In this document: positions 42,064-56,319 of the stretch, in pieces
Numbering within the stretch: position 1 is the stretch's first letter
How the letters are laid out: each line of letters starts with the position of its first letter
DNA from: Octopus vulgaris
Taxonomy: Eukaryota
Reading direction: 5' to 3'
Length of the DNA: 64,000 nt
Assembly: GCA_951406725.2 (NCBI GenBank)
Contig: OX597838.1
Span: 33,108,001 to 33,172,000, forward strand
The notes under the pieces: generated by a model
Told to the model about the DNA's origin: nothing
The model's input: only the letters and a program-made list of their open reading frames with translations
Database searches by the model: none
Made by a program: the position numbers and the translations under genes

Positions 42064-42116
<53 letters not shown>

Positions 42117-42371
42117 CATATTGTTTAAAATATTTCGATTCGGCTCCATGCGATTTAAAATTTCGCAGGCCTCTAACGGAAGCCTGTTTCTTTTAGGCTT
42201 ACATTACCGAATTCAGTCTAAGCCTGAACGAAGAGGCTTCTGTTAGAGACCGACGAAGCGTTAAGTCCCATGGACTTCCGAATAAATTGTCACATATTAC
42301 GTTTAAAGATAAATTCCTCTATTTACGTAATATCGAGGTCTCTTTCTTTCTTTTGTTGTCTACCATTTTTA

Positions 42372-42455
<84 letters not shown>

Positions 42456-42696
42456 GTAGATCGATACATACATACATATACATATACATATATGATAGAT
42501 TGTCATGATAGATCGTTAGCCACTACACACATTTTTTTCTCTCCTTGTTTTTTCTGTGTCCCTTTCTGTAGAAAAGCGTAGGCTCGAGATGTAAAAGACT
42601 TTTTCTATTCCTGAGCATATTAATACATCTGTTTGTTTTGTACACCACCTGTCTTCGTCTTTTGTTTTTTTTCCCGTAAACTCTCCCTATATATAG

Positions 42697-43136
42697 GGAT
42701 GTGGAGAATATACCGCCAACTTTGCCCAAACGACCTGAACATTAGCTTCAAGGTTCATCCAAGACTGGGACCACGGGCCATACGTCCCCTGCCCAATTCA
42801 GGATCACAGCATATATGTACACTGCAACAAAATTTCTTTTCCTCAACAGGCCCTGCCCTATTTAACATTGTCCCGAAAGAGATCAAAGAGGAAAAGGATC
42901 CCATCAACTTTGAACGGAGCCTGGATAGATTCCTTCAAGAAATACCAGATAAGCCACCCATAATTGGATACAACTCACCCAACAAACAACTCACTACTTG
43001 AATGGACCACAAACAAAACTTGAACAAAACTTGACTTAAACAGGATTTAGATAATCCTATCAGGTGGTGCTATTAAGTTAGACATGGCCTGGACCAATCT
43101 TTGGTCGAAACATATCTAAGTTTTATCTAAGTTTTT
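42697..43136 (+). mobile_element. 3' end of a CR1-like LINE (ORF2 C-terminus plus 3' UTR with stem-loop and (ATCTAAGTTTT)2 tail)
   Basis: WRI....CPN....GPALFNIVPKEIK......F.RSLDRFLQEIPDKP...GY resembles the C-terminus of invertebrate CR1-group RTs; ends in a short tandem repeat. Confidence 0.7.
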
Positions 43137-43144
43137 ATATATAT

Positions 43145-43187
<43 letters not shown>

Positions 43188-43208
43188 ACAAGCACGCGTA
43201 CGCACACG

Positions 43209-43281
<73 letters not shown>

Positions 43282-43986
43282 CACCGGCTACCTGTTGAAT
43301 CGTTGTGCACTCTCAATGATTGTGAATATCTCACTATTATGGATTGTGTTGTACTGGACGTGTCTACGAATTACTTTTTATTATTTTTAATTACTTCTGT
43401 AATTTTCTACCAATTAAAAAAATCAAAGGAAAATTAATATCTGAAACGCGTGTGCGCGCGCGTGTGTGTATCTGCGCGTGTACGGACGCACATACATACA
43501 CACACACATAAAAAGAGACAGACAGGCAGACAGAATGAGTATGCATGTAAGGGTGGTGGTGGAGGACAACGATAGAGAAGGAAGAAGTTATTCATAAACA
43601 GGTCATAGGGATGTGTGACTGGGGTGAGTTAGGGGTGGGGCTGAGGAAAAAGGACGAGTGATGTGAGGCTGGGTATTTAACATAAGCGGGTGACATTCTC
43701 GAAGTTTGTATTTCATCGGGGATGGTTGAAGAGGCGGGTGAAGAGTGGTGAGAGAGAGAGGGAGGAATGAAAAGGGAGATAGCGTGAGAGACAGAGAGAG
43801 AGAGACAGACAGACAGAGAGATGGGAGAGAAAGAGAGATGGAAGAGAGAGAGAGTGAGGACAGGAAGAGGGAGAGAGTGAGGGGAATGGCTGGAATAAGA
43901 GAGTGAAGCTGGTAAAAGGAACAGTAGCGTGAGAGAGAAAAGGATTGCTAGACAGAGGGGGAAGAGGGAAAGGATGATGGAGATAG

Positions 43987-44039
<53 letters not shown>

Positions 44040-44048
44040 CAGACGGAC

Positions 44049-44116
<68 letters not shown>

Positions 44117-44153
44117 TGATGGCTGGATAAACAGACAGACAGATAGATTGATG

Positions 44154-44191
<38 letters not shown>

Positions 44192-44192
44192 C

Positions 44193-44307
<115 letters not shown>

Positions 44308-44485
44308 CAAACAGACGGATAGACAGACAGACAGACAGACAGATAAATAGCGAGATGTTGATGAGAGGAGAAAGAAATGAAAGGAGGTGGGATGAAAGTA
44401 GGAATGAATATGAATATGTATGAAGGAGCAAGCAGTAAATAAAGGGAGAGGGAACGAACACATGTTTTGAGCCGGAGAAAAAAAA

Positions 44486-44517
<32 letters not shown>

Positions 44518-44784
44518 GAGGAGAAAGAAAGAAAGTGAGTGTGGGGGGGGGGGTCGGTGCTGGTGGAGGGAAAAGGTTTTTGATGAAAAAAACAACGGGG
44601 TTTGGTAGAATGGAAAACATTATTTTGGTGAAATAACAGAACGTCGTACCACACGTAATGTTTTGTGACGAGTTGCATTCTGGGAAATTGTGAGCGAGTG
44701 AGTGACTTGTACATCCAGTTGTATATATGTATGTATGTATGTATGTATGTACGGAAGGATCCATGTATGTACGTATATGTATGA

Positions 44785-44982
44785 ATACTCTTTTACGTGT
44801 TTCAGTCATTTGACTGCAGCCATGCTGGAGCACCGCCTTTAATCGAGCAACTCGAACCCCGGGACTTATTCTTTTGTAAGCCCAGTACTTACTCTATCGG
44901 TCTCTTTTGCCGAACCGCTAAGTAACGGGGACGTAAACACACCAGCATCGGTTGTCAAGCAATGCTAGGGGGACAAACACAG

Positions 44983-45015
<33 letters not shown>

Positions 45016-45187
45016 CATATATACGACGGGCTTCTTTCAGTTTCCGTCTACCAAATCCACTCACAAGGCTTTGGTCGGCCCGAAGCTATAGTAGAAGACA
45101 CTTGCCCAAGGTGCCACGCAGTGGGACTGAACCCGGAACCATGTGGTTGGTAAACAAGCTACTTACCACACAGCCACTCCTGCGCCT
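44785..45187 (-). mobile_element. Full-length tRNA-derived SINE family B (CORE-like domain, internal (TA)/(TG) microsatellite)
   Basis: Head GGCGCAGGAGTGGCTGTGTGG...GGTTCAGTCCC, CORE-like gcaccttgggcaagtgtctt, tail ggcggtgctccagcatggc..cagtcaaatgactgaaac. Other copies at about 6745-6880, 12628-12994, 20295-20700, 27740-28138, 28185-28607, 28637-28960, 29745-30135, 36730-36945, 39585-40385, 41070-41472, 49646-50010, 51861-52005, 55042-55456. Confidence 0.9.
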
Positions 45188-45320
45188 GAATGTATGTATG
45201 TATGTACGGAAGGATGTATGTATGAATGTATACGTGTGTGTGTGTGTATATAAATGCATCTACATGCGTATAATGGTATCTATAACGTATATGTATGAAG
45301 ATTTACACACGTTACATACG

Positions 45321-45406
<86 letters not shown>

Positions 45407-45584
45407 ATAATTTCGTCTGCCGTTCTGGGTTCAAATTCCGCCAAGGTCGACTTTGCCTTTCATCCTTTCGGGGTCGAAAAATTAAGTATCTGTTACGCAC
45501 TGGGGTCGATGTAATCGACTTGATCCGTTTGTCTGTCCTTGTTTGTCCCCTATGTGTTTAGCTCCTTGAGGGTAGTAATGAAAC

Positions 45585-45623
<39 letters not shown>

Positions 45624-45959
45624 TTCACAAAAAAATTCACAAAAAAACAAAAACAAAAGACGAAAGGCAAGTGGTGTAGACAACAAACAGGTGTATTAGT
45701 ATAACGCTCGGGAAGTGAAAAAATCTTTAACGTTTCGAACCTACGCTCTTCCGCAGAAAGGAACACGGAAAGAAACAAGGAGAGAAAAAATAAAGAATGT
45801 GTAGTGGCTAGCAATCTATCATGGTGAAATATATATAATTGGGTGTACGGTTAGATGCATGATGGGTCGAAACGATCGTTGTGGTGAACAAAAGATTCTC
45901 GTGAACTCCCAGTTGTTGCTTCCCTCATTCTTTACACATATATATATATATGTGTGTGG

Positions 45960-46009
<50 letters not shown>

Positions 46010-46046
46010 ACACACACACATACACATACACACATATATATATATA

Positions 46047-46488
46047 CAGGTCGTCGTCGACTTACGATCGATCGACTTTACGACGATTGGCACGCCATCT
46101 CCTGGCAGCAATAATAAAAAGTCTAGTTGAAAACTAATGGGTTCAATTTCTCAGAAATTAACCCATTTATGGGTGATGTCAACAAACAAACGCTTCCCCT
46201 TGGTTTGGTTATCGATCGCCACTGTGGTTATCCCAAGTGTTGGATGAATATCCTGTCCCGGAGACATCGAAGCTACTTTGAATTTGTTTATAAGACGACT
46301 GCATGAGACTCCGAAATTTTTGACTAACACCAGTGTAATAGTATAATACAGAATGCTGCGTGTGACTTTTACTTGAGAATGTGCCTTAAGAATGTAAAAA
46401 TATAAAAAGAAAAGCTATGTAGGCCTATACGCCGACTTACGACCAGTCAGTCGGAACCAATTGTGGTCGTAAGTCGACGACGACCTTG
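46047..46488. mobile_element. pogo/Tigger-type MITE
   Basis: TIRs CAGGTCGTCGTCGACTTACGA ... TCGTAAGTCGACGACGACCTTG, flanked by TA; subterminal cgacttacgac repeats. Confidence 0.8.
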
Positions 46489-46715
46489 TATACATACATA
46501 CATAAATACATACGTACGTATGTATGTATGTTTGTGTATATATATAAAGTGTGTATGTGCAATATGTATATGAATTAAGGTTTCTTCAAGTGGAAGGATC
46601 ACAAACAAATCCTGACTTATTCAAAAAGTGCAACCCATCCATTTTAACCTCGTTTGGAAAAACGAACACCACCATCCAACTCCATATCCAAAATTTCATT
46701 TCCATTATCGACAAA

Positions 46716-46812
<97 letters not shown>

Positions 46813-46916
46813 GAATTAATCTATTAATTCCTTTTAATATTTCCCGGAATTGGCATTGAAAAAGAATTATTAGAGCGAGCCATTTTTCAATGTTATTCTC
46901 TATTATTATCACAATA

Positions 46917-46962
<46 letters not shown>

Positions 46963-46975
46963 TACTACAACTACT

Positions 46976-47076
<101 letters not shown>

Positions 47077-47859
47077 CACCACCACCACCACCACCATCAT
47101 CATCATCTTCATCATCATCATTCAAGAACCGTGTAAACCGTGTAATGTTCTACGGGATTAGGTGTCTGGCTTCTCACTAAATCCTACACTTATCATCTCT
47201 ATACGGTTTTTGATTCGCCTTTCACACACACACTCTTTATCTTTCTCTGTTTGTTTTTGCCTACCACCTCCTCTCTCACTTTATTTTGCTTTTATCTCCT
47301 TCTCCTTTCTCTCATTCTGCTTGTTTCCCCCCTCTCTCTCTCCCTTCCTCTCCCTCTTTCCGTATGCGTTTGTGGTCTCTTTTCTTTCTCTCTCTCTCGC
47401 TTTCTTTTTCCCTCTTGTTATTTTCTTTCTGTCTCTCCTATTCTCTCTGTTTTTATTTTCTTTCTTTGTCCTCTCTCTCTCTTTCACACACATGCACACA
47501 CACACACACAGAGAATGTATCTACCTCTGTGTTCGTCTCCCTCTACTCCTACCCTTCCTTTCGTTCGAAACGATCGTGTGTTCCTCTCATTCTCTCTCTC
47601 TCTCTCCTGCCCTTGACATCTCACTGCATCACTTCATCGATGAACAATTAACAATATCAACATCATCAACAACAACACCACCACCACCACCACCACCACC
47701 ACTACCACCACCACCACCACCACCACCACCAATAACAACAACAGCTATAGAAGAGGGCACTTGCCCAATGTGCCACGCCGCGGTACTGAACTCAAAACTA
47801 TGCTACTGGGAGCAAAATGCTTTGACCACGCAGCCACGCCCCGCTCCATATGCACACCA

Positions 47860-47914
<55 letters not shown>

Positions 47915-48116
47915 ATCTATCTATCTGTCTATCTATCTATCTATATCTATCTATCTGTCTATCTATCTATCTATCTATGCATACATACACACATACATAC
48001 ATACATATATATATATACACACACACACAGAGAAACATATACATATAGCATATATACATATATATCTATATATACATACATACATACACATTCAGGCGTA
48101 TACATATATTATGTAC

Positions 48117-48171
<55 letters not shown>

Positions 48172-48984
48172 GAGACGGGGGATATGCATCGTGTGGATGT
48201 ATTAACAATCTTAATCAATATTATTCATTAAAATAACCTCCGACCAATATTCCAAGAACCGTCTTTGTCTTTTCCTTTACTCTCTCTGTCTTTCTTTTCT
48301 TCCCTAATTGTTTTAACTCTTGTTTTTTTGTGTACAAAATGTCTGTTAACTTTGAAAACAAAATGTCGTTCTAAAAAGCGTTATTAATCGTTTGGAGTGA
48401 AAACCGCAAAGAATGACAAAAACGGTGTTAAACCCACTTTGACCTCCTTTTTTTTTATTTTATCCGACCAAACTTAAAATCTGTTCGCCAAATCTTGTCT
48501 TTTTATCTTCATTCATTGTCAACAGATAACTTGACTGTCAGTTGATGACGCGGCGATAAGCCGGAGTCGGAGATCGGTCAAACGGAAGGGAGACCATCAT
48601 CGATATAGTTAAAAGGTTTTAAATTGAAATGAAAAAGAGAAAGAAAAAAAGGCATTGGAGGGGCGATGCATACCCTGCTTGCACACAAGGATAAAATCAA
48701 ATCTAATTTAATAAATATACTTTCAGACGAATTCATATTGCAACAAAATTACATCAAGAGTTATTTCCCCCTGCTTATCGTGTATGCATATGTTACAAAA
48801 GAGAAAAAACACATTTGATTCACCCGTCCGCTAGTTTTTAAGATAATCAAACCAAAATTTAATGAGTTCGAACCACTCACCCAATGAGTATTTCTGCCAA
48901 ATTTGGTGAAAACCTGTTCAGCTGTTTTGCAGTAATTTTGCAAACACACAGACAAGCAAATAGATAGGTAGGTAGGTAGGTAGG

Positions 48985-49081
<97 letters not shown>

Positions 49082-49082
49082 T

Positions 49083-49153
<71 letters not shown>

Positions 49154-49154
49154 T

Positions 49155-49185
<31 letters not shown>

Positions 49186-49193
49186 TGATAGAT

Positions 49194-49235
<42 letters not shown>

Positions 49236-50291
49236 CGACTACAAGACCTTGCTTTCGCTTACGCGCACATGGTAATGAGGTTGCTGGTTTACAAACACGC
49301 GTGCTTTTATGCACTACAAATTCGTGTGAGAGGTTCTCTCATGGCAAATAACCCAGTATTCTGTGTTCTTACACAACATAAACTTGTAAGTGGGACTAAA
49401 TATTAACTTATGTAAGTATATATTCAATGTACAGGCCGCACCGGACAAAATGCTTAGCGGCATTTCGCTCGTCGTTACGTTCTGAGTTCAAATTCCGCCG
49501 AGGTCGACTTTACCATTCATCCTTTTCGGGTCGATAAAATGAATACCAGTTATGTACTGAGATCGATGTAATCGACTATCCCTTCCCCCAAATTTCAGGC
49601 CTTGTGCCTAGAGTAGAAAGGATATTTAATATATATACATACATATAGGTGCAGGAGTGGCTGTGTGGTAAGTAGCTTGCTTACGAACCACATGGTTCCG
49701 GGTTCAGTCCCACTGTGTGGCACCTTGGGCAAGTGTCTTCTACTACAGCCTCGCGCCAACCAAAGCCTTGTGAGTGGATTTAGTAGACGGAAACTGAAAG
49801 AACCAAAGAACCCCGTCGTATATATGTGTGTGTGTATGTTTGTGTTTGACAACCGATGCTGGTGTGTTTACGTCCCCGTCACTTAGCGGTTCGGCAAAAG
49901 AGACCGATAGCATAAGTACTAGACCTACAAAGATAAGTCCTGGCGAGTCGATTTGCTCGACTAAAGGCGGTGCTCCAGTATGGCCGCAGTCAAATGACTG
50001 AAGCAAGTAAATTCACATCATCCCATATGTGTTGTTTCCCCTTTTTTTATTATTTCTTTAAGGCTGTGTATGTAAACTTAGCTGCTATTTCTAGCAGCTC
50101 CAGTGACTGCGTAGTGACCTCTTCGTTTTATTCTGTGTTAATCTTTATCTGCAGGCAACAAACGTCAAAAGAATCAAACTATCTGAGTATTAAAGATGAT
50201 AATCGGCTGCGGGATTTACACTTGATACGGAAGAGGAATAGAATTTGAAGACGTCAGCAACACCTGGATATTAGTCAGGAAGAGAGAGAGA

Positions 50292-50346
<55 letters not shown>

Positions 50347-52072
50347 AGGAGAGGGAAAGGGGATAGAGAGGGAGAGAGAAAGACAGAGGGAAAAGGGAGA
50401 CAGCGAAAGGGGGAGGGAGAGGGAGAGGGAGAGGAGAGAGGGAGAGAAGGGGAGAGAAAGAGAGGAGAGAAAGGGAGAGAGAAAGTGCGTGGGTTTGTAA
50501 GAGAGAGAGAAAGAGAGAGTGAAAGAGAGAGAGTGGAAGAGAGATAATGAGAGAGAGAGAGTGAAAGAGAGAGAATGTGTGTCCTTGTGTGTGTGAGAAA
50601 GAGAGAGAGAGGGAAGGAGAAGGAGAGGGAGAGAGTTAGGGAGAGGAGAGAGGGAGAGAGAAAGTATGTGTGAAACAGAGAAAGAGAGAGAGGGAATGTG
50701 CATGTGTGTGAACAATAGAGAGAGGGGAGAAAGAGTGTGTGCGTGTGTCTGTGTGTTCAAGAGAGAGAGAGTGTGTGTGTCTGTGTGTGTGAGAGAGAGA
50801 GAGAGAGAGAGGGTGGGAGGAAGGAAGAAACTGTGCTTGTGTGTGTGCGAGAGAGAAAGATTCAGATTTGGATTAAATTCCTTCTTCGCTGCGCCATTCT
50901 CAGAATCGTCAAAGGTTTGCCTCTCCAACTTTATCGGTCTATATGCTAGAAACAGTAGTCAAATCGTCCTCGAATCACACCCTATCGCCTCAAGTAAGAA
51001 ACGGATACTTTAGACAATGCTGTCCTACCTACATATTCTTCAAACGACGGGATGGTCACGGTTGCAATAGTTTTGCTTTTGTATGTCTACCTGATCAAGA
51101 ATTGACACGAGTCGCCATTTTCGTCATCATTCTCGTCACCACCACCACCACCACCACCACCACCGTTTTAACGCTCATTATTTCATGCTTACATGGGGGT
51201 CGTACGAAATTTGTTGAGGCAGACTTTCTTCTGACGGATGCCTTCCCTGTCGCCAACCCTAATCTGTTTCCAACTAATGTAATTACTTCCCCAAACATGA
51301 CCAAACATGCATCCATGGCAGATTGGAAACGAAGGAAACACCGCTTGCATGACGGCGACACTCGTTTACAACTATCATACAGTGTCAAAGCAATGATGCA
51401 ACACGCATACACATACACTCACGCACTACACGCACAATTGCGCACACATACACATACATACATATATATACAGAACGCCATGTTGGACCGTTAGCTCCTA
51501 CACGCATTTTTTTCTCTCCTTGTTTCTTTTCTGCGTATCTTTCTGTCGAAGAGCGTAGGCTCGAAACGTAAAAGACTTGTTCTATTTCTATTCCTGAGCG
51601 CCATACTAATACAATTGTTTGTTTGTACTCCACCTGCCTTCGTCTTTTGTTTATTTTCGTAAACCTTCCCGTCATATATATACATACATATATGCATACA
51701 TGCTTATATACATATATACATACATACATATATACATGCATACATATAATACGTACTTATGTATATATTTATATATATACTTATATATATGTATACACCG
51801 TTATTTTAAGATATATGCATTGATATATGCCTAATCACACGTACATATATATTTAATACATAGGCGCAGGAGTGGCTGTGTGGTAATTAGCTTGCTTACC
51901 AACTACATGGTTCCGGGTTCAGTCTCACTGCGTGTCACCTTGGGCAAGTGTCTTCTACTATAGCCTCGGGCCGACCAAAGCCTTGTGAGTGAAATCGGTA
52001 GACGGTATGTATGTATGTATGTATGTATGTATGTATGTATGTATGTATGTATGTACATATGTATGTGTGTCT

Positions 52073-52119
<47 letters not shown>

Positions 52120-52203
52120 GCGATATATATATATATATATACTGATACATAAATGCACACATACATCTATATAAATATGAAAATATGTGTTTGTATATAA
52201 GCA

Positions 52204-52318
<115 letters not shown>

Positions 52319-52536
52319 CTCTCTCCTTTCAAAATGTGACCTCGTGTGTACCGTTAGCGATTTTTTTCCCTCTGTCTTCCCTTCTCTGGATCTTTCCTTC
52401 TCCCTTGTTTCCGACGAAGAGCTCCACTCGAAACGTTAAACCCTCCTTCTTCCCTTCTTTCCTGAGCGTCCAATAATACTTTATTTGTTCCACGCCCTCG
52501 CGTTGTTGTGTTTTTTTTGTGTTTTCTTGTTTGGAT

Positions 52537-52582
<46 letters not shown>

Positions 52583-53126
52583 TAGGTACTGTTATCCACC
52601 CAGCGGAAAATGGTATGGTACAGCTCGAAGCAGTGGGGAAAATGACATTCGGCCGAAGATGCCAGGCAGTGGATTGGAACCCGGGGTGTCTTGTGTTTGT
52701 CAAACAAAAGCTTCTTAAACATTTAACCATACCACGACGACGACGACGACAAGATCTGAGAATAGCTTCAAATGTTTGCTTTAAGTGTTTGTCTTTCATG
52801 CGAACCAACACAGACCGACGGAACGTGTAATGGTGGTGGAAGTGGTGTTCGAAGCAGTGGAGGTGGTGATGGCGACGATGTGGTAATGTCGGAAATAGTA
52901 CTATGGAAATAATGATGATGATGGTGATGATGATGAGGATGATGGTGATGGTGGTGGTGGTGGTGGTGGTGGTGGAGACGGTTATTGGGTGATGTTGGCG
53001 ATGGCGGTGGTCGTTGTCGATGGCGAGCGTAATTTCTCTTTTTTACTGCTAGCTTTTCTGGTTTCGCGGCAGAACAGAAAAGATCCATCATGATGTGTGG
53101 GGGTAACAGGACATGGCACACAGATT

Positions 53127-53169
<43 letters not shown>

Positions 53170-53170
<1 letters not shown>

Positions 53171-53270
53171 TGACGTGCGGGAGATTTGACTACTACTTCT
53201 AGCATCACAAACAAAAATGTCCATCTTGTTGTGGATGTCAAGACAAGGTATGTACATAAGTAGTAGTAGT

Positions 53271-53306
<36 letters not shown>

Positions 53307-53507
53307 GGTGGTAGTGGTGGTGGTGGTGGTGGTGTGACATGCGGGAGATTTGACTACTACTTCTAGCATCACAAACCAGAATGTCCATTTTATTGTGGGT
53401 GTCAAGACAAGGTATGTACATAAGTCGTAGTAGTAGTAGTGGTTGTGGTGGTAGTGGTGGTGGTGGTGGCGGTAGTAGTAGTGGTAGTAGTAGTAGTGGT
53501 GGTGGTG

Positions 53508-53561
<54 letters not shown>

Positions 53562-53562
53562 A

Positions 53563-53605
<43 letters not shown>

Positions 53606-53712
53606 GGTGATGGTGGTGTAACGTGCGGGAGATTTTGACTACTACTTCTAGCATCACAAACCAGAATGTCCATTTTGTTGTGGGTGTCAAGACAAGGTAA
53701 GTACATAAGTCG
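53170..53712. repeat. Three copies of an about 90-bp unit separated by (TAG)/(TGG)/(CAG) microsatellites
   Basis: gcgggagatttgactactacttctagcatcacaaac..aatgtccat.tt.ttgtgg.tgtcaagacaaggta.gtacataagt at about 53170, 53335 and 53618. Confidence 0.93.
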
Positions 53713-53752
53713 TAGTAGTAGTGGTTGTGGTGGTAGTGGTGGTGGTGGTGGC

Positions 53753-53783
<31 letters not shown>

Positions 53784-54651
53784 GTTGTTGTGGTGGGGTG
53801 GTGGTGGTGGTGTTGGCTTGGCGGCGGCGGCGGCGGTAAAAATAGTAATCAAGTATGGAGGTTTGTGAAGTTGAGTGGGTTGACGTCGTAATGTAAACAT
53901 CAGGGTTCTTACAGTCCGCCCCCACCCCTACTCCACTCCACAACCACCGCCACCACACATCAACCTCCTCTTCTCCCCCTTCGCCACGGCCAACAACAAC
54001 GACAACAACAACAACAACAACAACTACCACTATGACATACCAAACAACAACAACAGCAGCAGCAGCAGCAGCAACAAGTTAACAACTGGTTTCCCTGTAA
54101 AAACTCTGTTGCTGCTGCTGCTGCTGCTGTTGCTGTTTATCGTCTGCCTCACGTTTCCCACGGTATTTAAAACTATTTTCTCTGCTGGTCTGATCGGGTA
54201 CACACACGCACACACACACACACACGCATACACACACACACACGGTCAAATACGAGATGTGCACTCATATATATTACATATATACACACACACGCATCAA
54301 CATACGTACGTGTGCGCGCATTGCGTGTTTACAGGGCAGTTTCACGGGCAAGATGGTAACATCATAGACGAGGGTATATATGTTTCTTTATTACCCACAA
54401 GGGGCTAAACACAGAGGGGACAAACAAGGACAGACAAAGGGATTAAGGCGATTACATCGACCCCAGTGCTTAACTGGTACTTAATTTATCGACCCCGAAA
54501 GGATGAAAGGCAAAGTCGACCTCGGCGGAATTTGAACACAGAAGGTAACGGCAGACGAAATACGGATACTCATTTCGCCCGGCGTGCTAACGTTTCGGCC
54601 AGCTCGCCGAGGGTATATATACATACATACATACATACATACATACATACA

Positions 54652-54683
<32 letters not shown>

Positions 54684-54874
54684 AGTTCAGCAAACAATTT
54701 AGATTCAAATGAATATGGTACTTAATTTAGATGCACCAGAATTTTTTTTCTGGTGTTACCCATAAAAATATGCGGGGTGATTATAATAAAAAAATAAGCA
54801 ACAAGAATGAATCCGGTAATAAGATGTTATTAATTGATTTGAAGACTTTATATTATTGGAAAACCTATATACAA

Positions 54875-54960
54875 TTAGCTGAAGATTACTCGGCGTCTTA
54901 AATCTGCTGTAATATTTACAGCTTTTAATAAAATGTTGTAGTATGAAACAATTGTACTAA
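54875..54960 (+). ncRNA. Type-I hammerhead motif with long helix II
   Basis: UUAG-CUGAAGA-[uUACU...AGUAu]-GAAA-C(AAUU)G-UA-CUAA. Confidence 0.65.
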
Positions 54961-54995
54961 ATTACCGGATTCATTCTTGTTGCTTATTTTTGATC

Positions 54996-55043
<48 letters not shown>

Positions 55044-55899
55044 TCTTTTACTATTTTAACCGTTTCAGTCATTTGACTCTGTGGCCATGCTGGAGTACCG
55101 CCTTTAGTCGAGCAAATCGACCTTAGGACTTATTCTTTGTAAGCCTAGTACTTATTCTATCGGTTCTGTTTTTGCCGAACCGCTAAGTTACAAGGACGTA
55201 AACACACCAGCATCGGTTGCCAAGCGATGTTGGGTGGACAAACAACGACACACACACACACACACACACACACATGCATAAATATATATATACGATGGGC
55301 TTCTTCCAGTTTCTGACTACCAAATCCACTCACCAGGCTTTGGTCGACCCGAGTCTATACTAGAAGACACTCGCCCAAGGTGCCACGCAGTGGGACTGAA
55401 ACCAGAACCATGTGGTTGGTCGGCAAGCTACTTACCACTCAGCTACTCCTGCGCCATTCATTTTAATGAGATTTTCAAAAATACCTTGGAAAAAGCTTTT
55501 TGTTTTTCGTGATGTGGGAACAGGAGTTTCAGACAGTTCACACGAGTCGTTTGTTTCTTCATAACAGGGTATTTTCTTCACAAAATCACCTGCAAACACC
55601 TTTCAGGTGGCGTAAATTTCGATCACATCCGAATTTTTATACGATTTGCGTCACTATGTATGTATACTCGCGCATCACATTTATTTATTTATTTATTTAC
55701 TTATTTTTGCTGATTAAATTCTTATATGATCGTAATCTACATCATCTAAAAGGGTGTTTGTAGGAATTTCAATGACCCCCCCTTCCATTTACCTGAAAGT
55801 TATGAGGAAACAAAGTTATCACATGGATTGATCGAAACTTCTTTCTCCGCCTCCGAAATATATTTTCGGTACAAATTCCAATATAATCATAGTCTACAC

Positions 55900-56228
55900 C
55901 AAGGTCTCTCAACCATTTTTTATCTATGGACCCCTTTCATTACTATTTTATTCTGGTGGACCCTAATAGTCATTTTATAAACTAGTTTCTGTAAATCCAA
56001 TTTTGTTATTCACACATTAACCTGTGTAGGTTGAACTATGTAAAATGTTAGAGAAAGAAACTTAACTGTACCTTGCAATACAGACTAATACATGCATTTA
56101 AAGCAAAAAATTTTCCGGGACCCTTAAAATACTATTGTGGATCCCCTATTTACTATTTTGTTGTGTGGACCCCGCAAAATCTTATATAGACCCTGAGGGG
56201 CCGTAAGTCCACGGTTGAGAAATATTTG
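55900..56228. mobile_element. Degenerate hAT-type MITE
   Basis: Ends caaggtctctcaacc ... ggttgagaaatatttg with repeated tggaccc subterminal motifs; TSD not clear. Confidence 0.55.
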
Positions 56229-56319
56229 CTGAAAATTTCATTAGGAAATATCCATTTTCCTGGAAGGTATTAGGAAAGAAAGTCGATGGGGATGGAGAGC
56301 ACTTGTATAGGTACGCTGG

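Noticed and set aside
46620-46705. Minus-strand hydrophobic MEMKFWIWSWMVVFVF as a lectin first exon
   Set aside because: No phase-1 donor with acceptable consensus.
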